DNA from: Desulfobacterales bacterium
GTDB taxonomy: Bacteria > Desulfobacterota > Desulfobacteria > Desulfobacterales > UBA5616
Assembly: GCA_046483495.1 (NCBI GenBank)
Contig: JAWODC010000018.1
Coordinates: forward strand, 1 to 64,000
DNA length: 64,000 nt
Direction of reading: 5' to 3'
Shown here: positions 1-9,629 of the stretch, in pieces
How the letters are laid out: every line of letters begins with the position of its first letter
Numbering within the stretch: the stretch's first letter is position 1
Position numbers and translations under genes: made by a program
The notes under the pieces: model-generated
Seen by the model: only the letters and a program-made list of their open reading frames with translations
Told to the model about the DNA's origin: nothing
The model's database searches: none

Positions 1-1491
1 ATCATAGGCGATGCGAATGCTGACATAATTTGATGTGTCTGATATGATGTTGTCAGAGACGAGATACCCGTCATAAACCTCTCTTCTCCCGGGTCCGCGT
101 CTGACTGGGTAGACCCATATGTTCCCTTCTATGTCTTCAATCGAAGTAGGCTCAAGGTTCCGCCTTCTAACCAATTGCTGAAACTCGGTAACACTGAGAA
201 CATAATCGGCGTCGAATGTACTTCGCCCCGGACAGGCAACCGCACGAAGGTTGGCTGCGTTCTCCGGTGGAACGCCGGTGCTCCGAAGCTGCTCAGGCGA
301 CATGTACAGGATTGCGGTGTCCCCCAAACGGACCCGTTCGAAAACCTCGCCGCGTTCGGGCAGACTTTGCAGTCCGGAAATCGCCTCGGCAAACAGCGTG
401 CCGGTCTTTCCGACCAGGTTGTCCACCTGATCCTTCATCAGGGCCTGCAACGGCGAGATCACGATTGTCAATACCCCGCGCCGCCGATACCGCACAAGGG
501 CCGGCAGCTGGTAGCAAAGCGATTTGCCGCCGCCGGTCGGCAGAATCCCGAGAACCGGGCGGTTTGCCATGCAGGCACGAACGATCGCCTGCTGCAGACT
601 TTCGCCGTCCTGGGTTTTCGGCTCATTCCGGAACGATGGATATCCGAAGAGGCGCTCCAACTGCCGCTCGGGATTGTGGTTTTCTGCGCAAAAGGAGCAG
701 TCCGCATTTTTGCAGGGTTTCTCTCTCAATGAAGCAATGATCCTGGGAATTTCCGGAAACCGATGGCGCACCCATGGCGGCAGCACCGAGTTGCCGCCGG
801 CAACCTGAAGCCAGGCCATGCAGTACGCCGCCGATGGGCGCCGGACCGGGTCGGCCAGCACTTCGGGCATTACCTGCCCGGCTGCATGTTCGCAGAGACG
901 ACCGGATGTTTCTGCGATAAAGCAGTCCAAAGCGTCTTCCAAAGAGTGAATGGGATCGGGAGTAAGCCTGGAAAACACCGCCGAAAGCCCTTTTCCGGAA
1001 AACCCGTTAAAGCTGCTGTGGTGAAAACAGAAATGATAAAACGCCATCAATCCCGCTTGTTTTTCAGCCAAAGTCTGGAAGCTTTGCCATTGGTCGCTGA
1101 AAACGGAGGCGGCAAGCTGCGCGTCCTGCACCGGACTGTTGACGGACGATCGAACCAGTTTGTAGTCTTTTACCAAACGGTGGTAAGGGTTTTCCGGAAA
1201 CGCCAGCGGCGAGAGGTAGAGCGTATCGATTACCGGCTTTTGAAGCAGTTCGAGCCCCGGGGCGGAGATCTTCAGCAGTGGAAAATCGTGCCCCAGCAGG
1301 TTGTGCCCGAGAATATAACCGGCGGGCCGGGCAAAGCGATCCAGCTCCTCGAGGATCGATCTTGCTCCGGCTCTGTCTTTTTTTTCGAACACCCGGCCGT
1401 TGAAAACGGCCCCGACATGCCTGATTTTGCCGGTTTTCGTGGCTTCGATGTCGAGCAGCAGCGTCTGTGCCGGAATTTTGAAAGGGTTCAT
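1..1491 (-). CDS. Exonuclease-domain RecQ-family helicase, N-terminal part; frame open to the window edge; diverges from RecQ after SPEQLRS
   Basis: Manual minus-strand translation (absent from the ORF track because no stop occurs in the window): LLLDIEA...GHNLLGHDFP...IDTLYLSPL (DEDD exonuclease-like), Walker A LPTGGGKSLCYQLPA, motif Ia VISPLQALMKDQV, then ILYMSPEQLRS. Confidence 0.8.
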   Translation of the reverse strand, partial: MNPFKIPAQTLLLDIEATKTGKIRHVGAVFNGRVFEKKDRAGARSILEELDRFARPAGYILGHNLLGHDFPLLKISAPGLELLQKPVIDTLYLSPLAFPENPYHRLVKDYKLVRSSVNSPVQDAQLAASVFSDQWQSFQTLAEKQAGLMAFYHFCFHHSSFNGFSGKGLSAVFSRLTPDPIHSLEDALDCFIAETSGRLCEHAAGQVMPEVLADPVRRPSAAYCMAWLQVAGGNSVLPPWVRHRFPEIPRIIASLREKPCKNADCSFCAENHNPERQLERLFGYPSFRNEPKTQDGESLQQAIVRACMANRPVLGILPTGGGKSLCYQLPALVRYRRRGVLTIVISPLQALMKDQVDNLVGKTGTLFAEAISGLQSLPERGEVFERVRLGDTAILYMSPEQLRSTGVPPENAANLRAVACPGRSTFDADYVLSVTEFQQLVRRRNLEPTSIEDIEGNIWVYPVRRGPGRREVYDGYLVSDNIISDTSNYVSIRIAYD

Positions 1492-1614
1492 GATAATATT
1501 CGCGCTTAAGGTCGTGTAATTACAGGCATCATACAAATATGCAAATAAAAATCAACATCAAATAAGCCCCGTCCTTGATCTTTGTGACACGGTAATAAAA
1601 TGTATCGGATTGGG

Positions 1615-1655
1615 TTGACATTTTCAAATATGCTGCATAAAATAAATTATATGCA
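1615..1655 (+). promoter_or_regulatory. sigma70-type promoter of the abrB-vapC operon with an overlapping palindromic operator
   Basis: TTGACA (1615-1620), 17 bp, TAAAAT (1638-1643). Inverted repeat TGCATA(1634)...TATGCA(1655) overlaps the -10 box. GGAGG RBS follows. Confidence 0.65.
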
Positions 1656-1673
1656 ATATTGGAGGATTGCAGC

Positions 1674-1919
1674 ATGAAACCAATTAGTGTGACAGTCTCG
1701 AACAGGGGATATATTGTGCTGCCGGCACATATCAGAAAGCAAATGAATATCGTGCCCGGTACCAAGATCCTTATCAATAAGGAAAATGACAAGCTGATTT
1801 TAGAAACCGTACCGTCTTTTACAAAAAAACTATCCGGTCTGACGCGCAAAACGATTGCCGATTCACAGGCAGGTGTGCAGAAATTCATTGACGAGCAGAG
1901 AAAAGATCACATTCCATGA
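1674..1919 (+). CDS. AbrB/MazE/SpoVT-family antitoxin
   Basis: VTVSNRGYIVLPAHIRKQMNIVPG AbrB signature; ATGA overlap with the downstream PIN gene; start set by the GGAGG RBS. Confidence 0.9.
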   Translation: MKPISVTVSNRGYIVLPAHIRKQMNIVPGTKILINKENDKLILETVPSFTKKLSGLTRKTIADSQAGVQKFIDEQRKDHIP

Positions 1920-2368
1920 TAGCTCCTGAGGCCATTGAAAGTGCCATAAGAGGCAAAAAACTTCTGATCGACAGCAACATAATCATTTATCTGACTGAAG
2001 AAATTGAGCCCTATTTCTCATTATCCCAGATCTTGTTTTCGATAGTTGAAAACGGAGGGGCAAAAGCCGTCATATCCATTCTCTCTGTTGCCGAAGTCAT
2101 GCAAGGCCCATTGAAAGCAGGAGAAACGGAAATAGCAGAAGAGGTTCAAAATTACCTGGTGAATTTTCCCAATTGCCAGTGCCTGGATGTCACCTATGCG
2201 GCACTGCAACTTACCGGTAAGGATAAAACTGTAAATTGGAAAAAGCTGAGAACCGTCGACAGCCTGATTATCGCCACCGGTCTTCAATATGGAGTGGACC
2301 TTTTTGTCTCAAATGATCTTCATTTCAAAAAGGCACTGACACCCGAAATGATTTTATCCCTTGATTGA
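1916..2368 (+). CDS. vapC: PIN-domain (VapC-like) toxin
   Basis: LLIDSNIIIY...SVAEVM...DSLIIAT...FVSND PIN acidic motifs. Confidence 0.88.
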   Translation: MIAPEAIESAIRGKKLLIDSNIIIYLTEEIEPYFSLSQILFSIVENGGAKAVISILSVAEVMQGPLKAGETEIAEEVQNYLVNFPNCQCLDVTYAALQLTGKDKTVNWKKLRTVDSLIIATGLQYGVDLFVSNDLHFKKALTPEMILSLD

Positions 2369-2478
2369 AGCGGAGGGGTTTTCGACCCGATCCGGTTGTG
2401 CTTGCCGTGGGTGTATCCCACCCAATCCTTTCTTTGAAATCATTTTGAAAATCGCCTGGGTGCATCTTACACATACTA

Positions 2479-2558
2479 GGGACGTTCGTGCAGAAAGTGA
2501 TGAGAACCGGATTTATAAGGCATGACTTAATTTGTGAATGTTCTGCACGAACGTCCCC
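2479..2558 (+). mobile_element. Non-autonomous RAYT-derived element (REPIN/MITE-like), copy A, ~80 bp
   Basis: GGGACGTTCGTGCAGAA...TTCTGCACGAACGTCCC ends match those flanking the RAYT at 36594-37670; the interior resembles the RAYT 3' end. Confidence 0.85.
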
Positions 2559-2567
2559 AACTAGAAA

Positions 2568-3452
2568 TCATGCGGTCAGCCTGACCCTGGGGCCTGATGA
2601 CTTTTTGCGTTCGGGTTTGCCGTTTCCTGATATCCGCCGGCTCGGCCTGTCCGCGGTTGCCGGCATTTTCAGAATATCCCCCAGCATCAGTTCATCGGGG
2701 TCCTGAAAGGCCGGCACACCGATCGTAATCTCGTCTTGCGGTATATTCAGCTGAAGTGTGCCGTGCACATAATCGGGCCAGGTAAAAATCGTAGACCAGT
2801 TCGAATCAGTCTCCTCCGGTAGGATGGAGTGATGGATCCCGTGCATGCGCGGGGTTGCGATTATTTTGACCAGTTTTCGCTCGAACGCGATCGGAAGTTC
2901 GATGTTCGAGTGGTGAAAAATGATCTCCAGAAGGGTTATGAGCTGCCAGAGGGAAAGCGGGAAAGGAGCAATGCCCAGAAAGAACACCTGGGCGCCTCTC
3001 CAGGAAGCCGAAAGCAGCATTTCTGCGGGATGAAAGCGCAGCGCCGTCGAAGCGTCCAAATCAAGATCCACATGATGCACCTGATGCAGCCGCCACAGGA
3101 GAGGAACCCGATGGGTCAAGTAATGCCAGATAAAAAGGGTATAGTCCAACAGCACCAACGAAAGAAAGACATATAGCCATGCCGGCATTTGTATCCTTCT
3201 GAGCAAACCGAAATTGCGCCGTTGGCCCTCTTTCATGAGATAAGTGGTCAACGGCTTTTCCGAGGCCCGGATGGTGGCCGCAGTGGTGACCGACATGGCA
3301 AGATTTCTGACATTGCGGCGGATCTTGCTTTGCCGTTTTTTGCGGAGCGGCCGCTTGTTTTCAAAATACAGAATCGTCAGGGCTGTGCCGACGATCAAAA
3401 GTCCGCTCAACCATTTCGGGGGTTCATGGTTTAGTGCTTTGGGGTCTCTCAC
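2568..3452 (-). CDS. Sterol desaturase / fatty acid hydroxylase family membrane protein
   Basis: His boxes HYLTH, HQVHH, FHHSN, HGIHH; RFHPAE. Confidence 0.88.
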   Translation of the reverse strand: MRDPKALNHEPPKWLSGLLIVGTALTILYFENKRPLRKKRQSKIRRNVRNLAMSVTTAATIRASEKPLTTYLMKEGQRRNFGLLRRIQMPAWLYVFLSLVLLDYTLFIWHYLTHRVPLLWRLHQVHHVDLDLDASTALRFHPAEMLLSASWRGAQVFFLGIAPFPLSLWQLITLLEIIFHHSNIELPIAFERKLVKIIATPRMHGIHHSILPEETDSNWSTIFTWPDYVHGTLQLNIPQDEITIGVPAFQDPDELMLGDILKMPATADRPSRRISGNGKPERKKSSGPRVRLTA

Positions 3453-3935
3453 ACAACCGCCTTCCTCCGGCAGGTAGGTGAATCATGGCCGGCATTCCGA
3501 TAGATCCTTTTATCTTCAAGTTTATCGGCAGCATCGAAGCCGACAGTTCCACCGCCTCTTTCAGCGCATTCCAAAAGTCAGAACAAAGTAAATCACAAAA
3601 TGCGACGGGCTCAATGGGGGAAGGTGTTTATTTTATCGTATATCACCTGTAAGCTTCTATGCTGACTGCAAAACGAAGAGCCGATGTTTGCGGCTGAACG
3701 ACGAACCGCAAATACAGCCTTTTGCAGATAGGAGTACGCGTTTTTCTCAATGTTTTTCGCCTTATGACATTTTTATGATGAAATCGGCATTGGAATAAGA
3801 AAAAAAATAAACCATTCTTTGCTTAAAGAGCTCCTGGACAGCTTTTAATTTTCGGCCGTAATCAGAACAATTCCTTGATCACATAAAAACAGGCGAACAC
3901 GGCAGAAACGGATGATTCGGATTAAGGAGGAAAAC

Positions 3936-4745
3936 ATGGAGGACAGGAAAATATTAGACGGTCAAGTCGCCCTGGTGACCGGGGCAAGCTCCGGTATCGG
4001 GAAAACGATTGCCGAGGCCATGGGAGGAGCGGGTGCCGGGGTAATCGTCAACTACATTTCCGATGAAAGTGCAGCCAACCGGATCGTGGAAGATATTCGG
4101 AATGCCGGAGCCCATGCGATTGCCTTTCAGGCGGACGTCAGCCGCGAGGATCAGGTTGCGAAGATGTTTAAAGCCGGTTGCGATGAATTTGGAACCATCG
4201 ACATTCTCGTGAACAATGCCGGCATTCAGAAAGATGCCGACTTCCTGGATATGTCTTTGGCCGATTGGGAAGCGGTTTTGAATGTAAATCTCACCGGTTG
4301 CTTTTTGTGCGCCCGAGAGGCGGCCAGAGAATTCTGCCGCAGAGGATGGGTTCCGGAACGGTCGAAAGCCGCCGGAAAAATTATTTTTATCAGTTCGGTG
4401 CACGATACGATTCCATGGGCCGGTCATACGAATTACGCCGCTTCAAAGGGAGGTATAATGATGCTCATGAAAAGCATCGCCCAGGAACTGGCTCCCCACA
4501 AGGTCCGGGCAAACAGCATTTCTCCCGGCGCGGTGAAAACGGCAATCAACCGGGAATCCTGGCAAAGTTCTGAAAAAGAGGCGCAAATGCGCAGGCTCAT
4601 CCCCTATGATCGGGTCGGGGAAACCGGGGATATCTCGCCGGTGGCCGTATGGTTGGCTTCGGACGAGGCGGATTACATTACGGGGGCCACCATTTACGTG
4701 GATGGCGGCATGCTGCTGTATCCGGGCTTTCGAACAGGGGGATGA
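3936..4745 (+). CDS. SDR oxidoreductase, glucose 1-dehydrogenase-like
   Basis: TGASSGIG, NNAG, YAASKGG motifs; AAGGAGG RBS before ATG 3936. Confidence 0.88.
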   Translation: MEDRKILDGQVALVTGASSGIGKTIAEAMGGAGAGVIVNYISDESAANRIVEDIRNAGAHAIAFQADVSREDQVAKMFKAGCDEFGTIDILVNNAGIQKDADFLDMSLADWEAVLNVNLTGCFLCAREAAREFCRRGWVPERSKAAGKIIFISSVHDTIPWAGHTNYAASKGGIMMLMKSIAQELAPHKVRANSISPGAVKTAINRESWQSSEKEAQMRRLIPYDRVGETGDISPVAVWLASDEADYITGATIYVDGGMLLYPGFRTGG

Positions 4746-4878
4746 TTGTACGGGACGAAGATATCCCTTTTTCTCAACTATAAATCCGGCAGCCCGACTC
4801 TTCTTGATTTTCTCTACCAAATCGGTGTATTCGACGGAAAAAAATTCGGAGAAAAAAATACCCACACGATTTCCAGAT

Positions 4879-6015
4879 ATGAATGGCCTGATAACGGCCC
4901 AATTTGTCGAGCGCCCGAATCGATTTCTGGTCCGGTGCCGGAGGGCCAATGGGCAGACGATCGAGGCCCTGCTGCCGAATCCGGGCCGGCTGTGGGAGCT
5001 TTTGCTGCCGGGGGCGGTGCTTTATTTAAAGAAGGTGCCCGATTCCGTGATCATGGGGGGTAGTCGAAAAACGCGCTTTACCGCCGTCGCCGTTGAGCGT
5101 GAAGGGCAACCCGTTTTCCTGGACACCCAGGCGACCAACCGGGTCGCAGCCCATCTGATCGAGCAGGGAAACATTCCATTCCTCGAAGGCGCCGAAATCG
5201 TTAAGCCTGAAATCCGCGTGGGGCGCAGCCGGTTCGACTTTCTGCTGAAACAGGGCGGGAAACATCTCTATCTGGAGATCAAATCCTGTACGCTTTTCGG
5301 CAACGGTGTGGCCATGTTTCCGGACGCAATCACGGCGAGAGGGAAAAAGCATCTTCTCGAGTTGGCCGAAATGGCGCAAAAGCGAAACCGGGCCGCGGTG
5401 ATGTTTTTGGTTCACGCCCCGCATCTCAAGTGGTTCATGCCCGACTATCACACCGATTTCGAATTCAGCAGAACGCTGTTGGCAATCCGCAGGTATGTGC
5501 GGATCATCCCGGTATCCGTCGGCTGGAACACGGATCTAAGCCTCTCCGGCCGGGTTGAACACCTGAACATTCCATGGCGTTTTTTGGAAAAGGAAGTGCA
5601 GGATCGCGGAATATACATCCTGATGCTGCACCTCAAAAAAGAAGCCCGTTTTTCAGCGGGCAAGCTTGCCGAATCGGACTTCCCTGCAGGATACTACATT
5701 TACACGGGCTCGGCCATGAACGGCCTGTCCGCCCGACTGGCGCGTCACTGCAGGAAACGCAAGCGGCTCCATTGGCACATCGACTACTTGATCCAGCGCG
5801 CCGAGCGCACAATACCGGTTCCGATACGTTCCTCCAAACCGCTTGAATGCGTTCTTGCCCGAAGCCTCTCCGCCATCTTTTCGCAGGGCCCGCCCCGCTT
5901 CGGCGCCTCGGACTGCCGGTGTCCGACCCATCTTTTCTACAGTCCGGAAAATCCGCTTCATCAAAGGGGATTTCACGACGTACTGCAACGTTTTCGGATG
6001 CGGGCGCCTGATTAG
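4879..6015 (+). CDS. sfsA: SfsA nuclease fused to a C-terminal GIY-YIG (DUF123-like) domain
   Basis: RPNRF, PNPGRL, SRFDF, EIKSCTL, FPDAITARGKKHL; then GIYIL...GYYIYTGSA...HWHIDYL...FGASDCRCPTHL. Confidence 0.85.
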   Translation: MNGLITAQFVERPNRFLVRCRRANGQTIEALLPNPGRLWELLLPGAVLYLKKVPDSVIMGGSRKTRFTAVAVEREGQPVFLDTQATNRVAAHLIEQGNIPFLEGAEIVKPEIRVGRSRFDFLLKQGGKHLYLEIKSCTLFGNGVAMFPDAITARGKKHLLELAEMAQKRNRAAVMFLVHAPHLKWFMPDYHTDFEFSRTLLAIRRYVRIIPVSVGWNTDLSLSGRVEHLNIPWRFLEKEVQDRGIYILMLHLKKEARFSAGKLAESDFPAGYYIYTGSAMNGLSARLARHCRKRKRLHWHIDYLIQRAERTIPVPIRSSKPLECVLARSLSAIFSQGPPRFGASDCRCPTHLFYSPENPLHQRGFHDVLQRFRMRAPD

Positions 6016-6108
6016 AGCGGCGAACAATTTCGGCTCCGGCGATTCCCTCATGGGTAATCTGTGCCGATCAAACACATTATTTCAACTTACCCCTGAAACC
6101 GTTTCGCC

Positions 6109-6137
6109 TTGACATTCTTATCGAATCCGAATAGCCT
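6109..6137 (+). promoter_or_regulatory. Putative sigma70 promoter upstream of the MFS gene
   Basis: TTGACA, 17 bp, TAGCCT; implies a ~180-nt 5' leader. Confidence 0.45.
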
Positions 6138-6322
6138 GCCCGCGAATCCCCCTTGAACTATCGTAAGGGAAACCGGCCTAAAAGCGGTTAAATCCCAAAC
6201 CTGATGGCCGCTGCTTTTGGTCGATGCCAATTTCCTTATGTTTCCGGGTCCTTTCCGTTGCTCGGATTTTTCAGAACTTTTGCTGTCCCTTCAACAACTT
6301 ACAATCACCCTAAGGAGCCTTC

Positions 6323-7606
6323 ATGAAACAGGGAAAAATCTTCTTCGGCTGGTATGTGGCGGGTATCGGAATGATGAGCCTGTTGTTCGCTTACGGGATC
6401 AGGGCGGCCTTTGCCATTTTTTTCCCGTACATTCTTCAGGATCTGCAGATAAGCCGGACGCTGCTTTCCGGAGCTGTTTCTTTAAGCCTTGCGGTAAATG
6501 TGGTGTTGACACCGGTTGCAGGCATTGCCGTAGACCGATACGGCCCCAAATGGCTTATCAGCGGGGGAGCATTTCTCTGCGGCGTTTCATTGATCAGTAT
6601 GCCTCTGGTTTTCTCGCTCTGGCATCTTTACCTGCTATACGGCGTTTTATTTGCGGTTGGGGTCAATTTCATGGGAATGACCGTCAGCAACAGCATGTGC
6701 ATCAATTGGTTCATTAAGAAAAGAGCCACGGCAATTGCCATATCATCCTCCGGTGTTGCTTTGGGGGCAGCGATTTTCAACCCCGTATCGCAGAAACTGA
6801 TCGTCGCTTTCGGATGGAAAACAGCCTTTGCCGTTATAGGAGCTTTATTTTTTGTGGTCGTGATTCCGTTGGCCATGGTGTTTGCCAAAAAACGGCCCGA
6901 AGATATGGGATTGAGCACAGACGGTGATGACCCCGAAATCGCACGGCAAACCGCCACATTTGTGGAGGCGGTGATACAAAAAGAAATCCTGTTCAAGCTG
7001 GGTGAGGTGGTCCGAACGTCCAACTTCTGGCTAATGACAATGGGATACCTGATCCTTGCAATGTGTTATGGATTTCTTCTTCATATCGTGGCCTACTGCG
7101 TTGATAAAGGCATTCCCGCTTCGGACGCGGCTTGGGCGTTAGGATATATGGCCATTGTGGGTATTGCGGCAAGGTTTCTATGGGCGCCATTGAATGACAA
7201 GCTGAACAACCGGAAAGTATCGGTCGTCTCCGGGTTTTTTCTTTACGCAATTGGCTGGCTCGTCTTATTATGGATAAACGAATCCATGCATCTTTATATT
7301 GCTGCAACGATTCTTGGCTTTGGCGGTTCCGGAATAGCCCTGCTGCCCGCCCTTGTGGGGGACCAGTTCGGCCGATGGTCCATGGGCAAGGTGTACGGAT
7401 TTGTCAGCTTTTTCGGCGCCATTGGAGGTGCCATAGGTCCGATAATAGCCGGATTCATTTACGACACTACCCAGAGCTATATGATTGCGTGGCAAATCGC
7501 TGTTGTCGCCTCCGTTCTTGGAGCGACAGGCTTTTTGTTTGTAGGAAAGTCCCCCTATGACATGAGAAAGGAAGAACAAGAATCAGCTGCAAGCACGGAG
7601 AAGTAA
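6323..7606 (+). CDS. MFS transporter (OFA/MCT-like)
   Basis: About 12 hydrophobic segments; motif A GIAVDRYGPK; AAGGAG RBS. Confidence 0.9.
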   Translation: MKQGKIFFGWYVAGIGMMSLLFAYGIRAAFAIFFPYILQDLQISRTLLSGAVSLSLAVNVVLTPVAGIAVDRYGPKWLISGGAFLCGVSLISMPLVFSLWHLYLLYGVLFAVGVNFMGMTVSNSMCINWFIKKRATAIAISSSGVALGAAIFNPVSQKLIVAFGWKTAFAVIGALFFVVVIPLAMVFAKKRPEDMGLSTDGDDPEIARQTATFVEAVIQKEILFKLGEVVRTSNFWLMTMGYLILAMCYGFLLHIVAYCVDKGIPASDAAWALGYMAIVGIAARFLWAPLNDKLNNRKVSVVSGFFLYAIGWLVLLWINESMHLYIAATILGFGGSGIALLPALVGDQFGRWSMGKVYGFVSFFGAIGGAIGPIIAGFIYDTTQSYMIAWQIAVVASVLGATGFLFVGKSPYDMRKEEQESAASTEK

Positions 7607-7624
7607 ATTAGGGGAACAAGGGAA

Positions 7625-8155
7625 ATGAAAAGAAGAAGGGAAAAAAAGGCTTGGGTCGAATCTATAATCGAAAAATACGGTCTTGAACCCCTATCCGGCG
7701 AAGGGGGCTGGTACGCTCGAACCTACAGATCGAATGAAGTCATCCAAAAATCTGCATTGCCAAAAAGATATGAAAGTGAAAGGGTGTTCGGAACCGCAAT
7801 CTATTATTTATTGACACCGGAAACCTATTCAGCTCTGCACAGGTTGCCGACGGATGAAATATTTCATTTCTACTTGGGAGATCCGGTAACGATGCTGCAG
7901 CTTTACCCCGATGGAACAAACATGACGATTACCCTCGGGCAGGATATCCTGAATAACGATCATCATCTTCAAACCGTCGTTCCATGGAACACGTGGCAAG
8001 GAACATATCTCGAAGCCGGCGGCGAATTTGCACTGCTTGGAGCCACAATGGCGCCGGGATTTGAATCTATCGACCTGGAGTTGGGTGATAGAGACGCTCT
8101 GATACTGAAATACCCTGAAAGAAAAGATTTGATCTTTAGGCTTACGGCTGGTTGA
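7625..8155 (+). CDS. Cupin domain protein (DUF985/Cupin_5-like)
   Basis: GEGGWYARTY...TAIYYLL...HRLPTDEIFHFYLGDP...MAPGFE. Confidence 0.85.
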   Translation: MKRRREKKAWVESIIEKYGLEPLSGEGGWYARTYRSNEVIQKSALPKRYESERVFGTAIYYLLTPETYSALHRLPTDEIFHFYLGDPVTMLQLYPDGTNMTITLGQDILNNDHHLQTVVPWNTWQGTYLEAGGEFALLGATMAPGFESIDLELGDRDALILKYPERKDLIFRLTAG

Positions 8156-8330
8156 AATGATATACTTGTGCAGGTTTTTCATTTAGCAAATGCGCCGAAA
8201 TGGCATACTAAAATGCCCCACCCGTGATGGTGAGGCATTTGGGAAATCATGTCAGAGACGCGACCGTTTAAATAAGCAGAAGGGGATAAGCACCAAAAAG
8301 TGCGGTTTTTTTATTGGTGCAAAAATAATC

Positions 8331-9215
8331 TCAGGGCCTGCATTGGTGCTGAATCGGCCTATACGACAGGCCCGAATGGGCGACGATCCACTTCTGTTCG
8401 AATTTGCTTGCTATCTGTTTTGTTTCATTAAACAAATTTGAACCTTCCTCGCCGAGCATATTCTCTGTTTTTTTCCTGAGAATAGCGTGATCGGCATTTC
8501 TGCCGTTCTGGAGGACGACAAAAACCGAGCCTGCTTCTTGATCCTTTCTTAAATGGGATACATAATCCGAAAGATTTTCTGAAACCAGTAAGGATGTAAA
8601 TGTAGGCGTCTCTCTTCTCCACTGGGCGGTGAAAACTTCATAGCCGTTTTCCGTATGTCTGGATTCGTATATTTTCCTCCATTTTTTTGCTACCGCCTCG
8701 GCTTTCTCCTTATTTTCAGGCTCAATATAATATCCACGCCAGAAATATCCTTTTACTTTCGCAATCGGGTCCGGATGTTCATTTCTGAACAGGGGGTTTG
8801 CCGGCGCATAGGATAAATCTCTCCGAACCGTAAAACACCTGCAACGAGCATCTGCATACCTTTCATTAAAAGGAAAGCAACAGGGTGGGTTTTTATCTTC
8901 CCCAAGTTTTCCTTTAATGTCACTCAATGCAGTCACAATTTGATCGATATCCGAATAAGCGTCGATCTCGAATACCATCAATTTCAAAAGATCATCGCTT
9001 GTGTAATAAGAAAAAGAAAATGGGAAATCGTGTTTGCGATACAATTCGAGCGTATTCTTTTGTGCTTTTTCATATTCTCCTGCATCTGAGGGCAAGCATT
9101 CTACTTCGATATAGAAGTAGGATTGGGATGCGGGCATGAGCTTTTCAGCATAAGCACCTGCCCATCCCATACAAAATAACATAAAAATCGACAGTCCATA
9201 GGTTGTAAATTTCAT
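8331..9215 (-). CDS. Hypothetical exported protein
   Basis: 294-aa ORF with signal peptide (…AGAYA/EK) and AAGGGGGAG RBS; family not recognised. Confidence 0.7.
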   Translation of the reverse strand: MKFTTYGLSIFMLFCMGWAGAYAEKLMPASQSYFYIEVECLPSDAGEYEKAQKNTLELYRKHDFPFSFSYYTSDDLLKLMVFEIDAYSDIDQIVTALSDIKGKLGEDKNPPCCFPFNERYADARCRCFTVRRDLSYAPANPLFRNEHPDPIAKVKGYFWRGYYIEPENKEKAEAVAKKWRKIYESRHTENGYEVFTAQWRRETPTFTSLLVSENLSDYVSHLRKDQEAGSVFVVLQNGRNADHAILRKKTENMLGEEGSNLFNETKQIASKFEQKWIVAHSGLSYRPIQHQCRP

Positions 9216-9274
9216 GACAAAACTCCCCCTTTAAAAAAAAATTACAAGGATCCGTCACTTATGCTTACTTTGAA

Positions 9275-9312
9275 GGCTCCACACGGGAACCAACCTCATC
9301 CCGTGTGGAGCC
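9275..9312. terminator. Strong hairpin (14-bp stem) between the riboswitch and the 8331-9215 gene
   Basis: GGCTCCACACGGGA-N10-TCCCGTGTGGAGCC; no clear U tract. Confidence 0.45.
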
Positions 9313-9629
9313 CGGCAGGCATAGTTTGGGGTTTAGTTGGAATAAGAGGTTCATGCGCGTTGACCTCTCTAAAAAGCGTCATTGCGCTTAAATAGATCAT
9401 TTGTAAGAGCAAGCAGATTTGATGTCGTGAATATCGAAATTGAAATGAGGACCAAATTGAAAACCGTTTGGATCAGACTTCAGCAGGTTCGGCGGGATAG
9501 GATAAACTACAGGAATGGAGAAAACCGGCGAAAAAGAATTTAACCTGATAAAAGGCGGTTTCATTTTGAAGCTCCATCAAGAAGAGTGTGGCTCACCTTC
9601 TATCTTTTCTCTTCAAAATAGAAAATAAC

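Noticed and set aside
1..280. Intein in the RecQ-like gene
   Set aside because: No recognisable intein N-terminal block at the junction; the C-terminal end is not visible, so it is unsupported rather than excluded.
175..1509. Plus-strand ORFs 175-732 and 763-1509
   Set aside because: Antisense shadows of the minus-strand RecQ-like gene.
3666..3727. Nested inverted repeat (CTGCAAAA..TTTGCGG..CCGCAAA..TTTTGCAG)
   Set aside because: Short, single copy; cannot distinguish a MITE remnant from chance.
4606..4878. N-terminal extension of sfsA in the ORF track
   Set aside because: Overlaps the SDR gene; SfsA similarity starts near ATG 4879.
6160..6215. Cobalamin, Moco or c-di-AMP riboswitch
   Set aside because: Only fragments (AAGGGAAACCGG) resemble them; conserved cores are missing.
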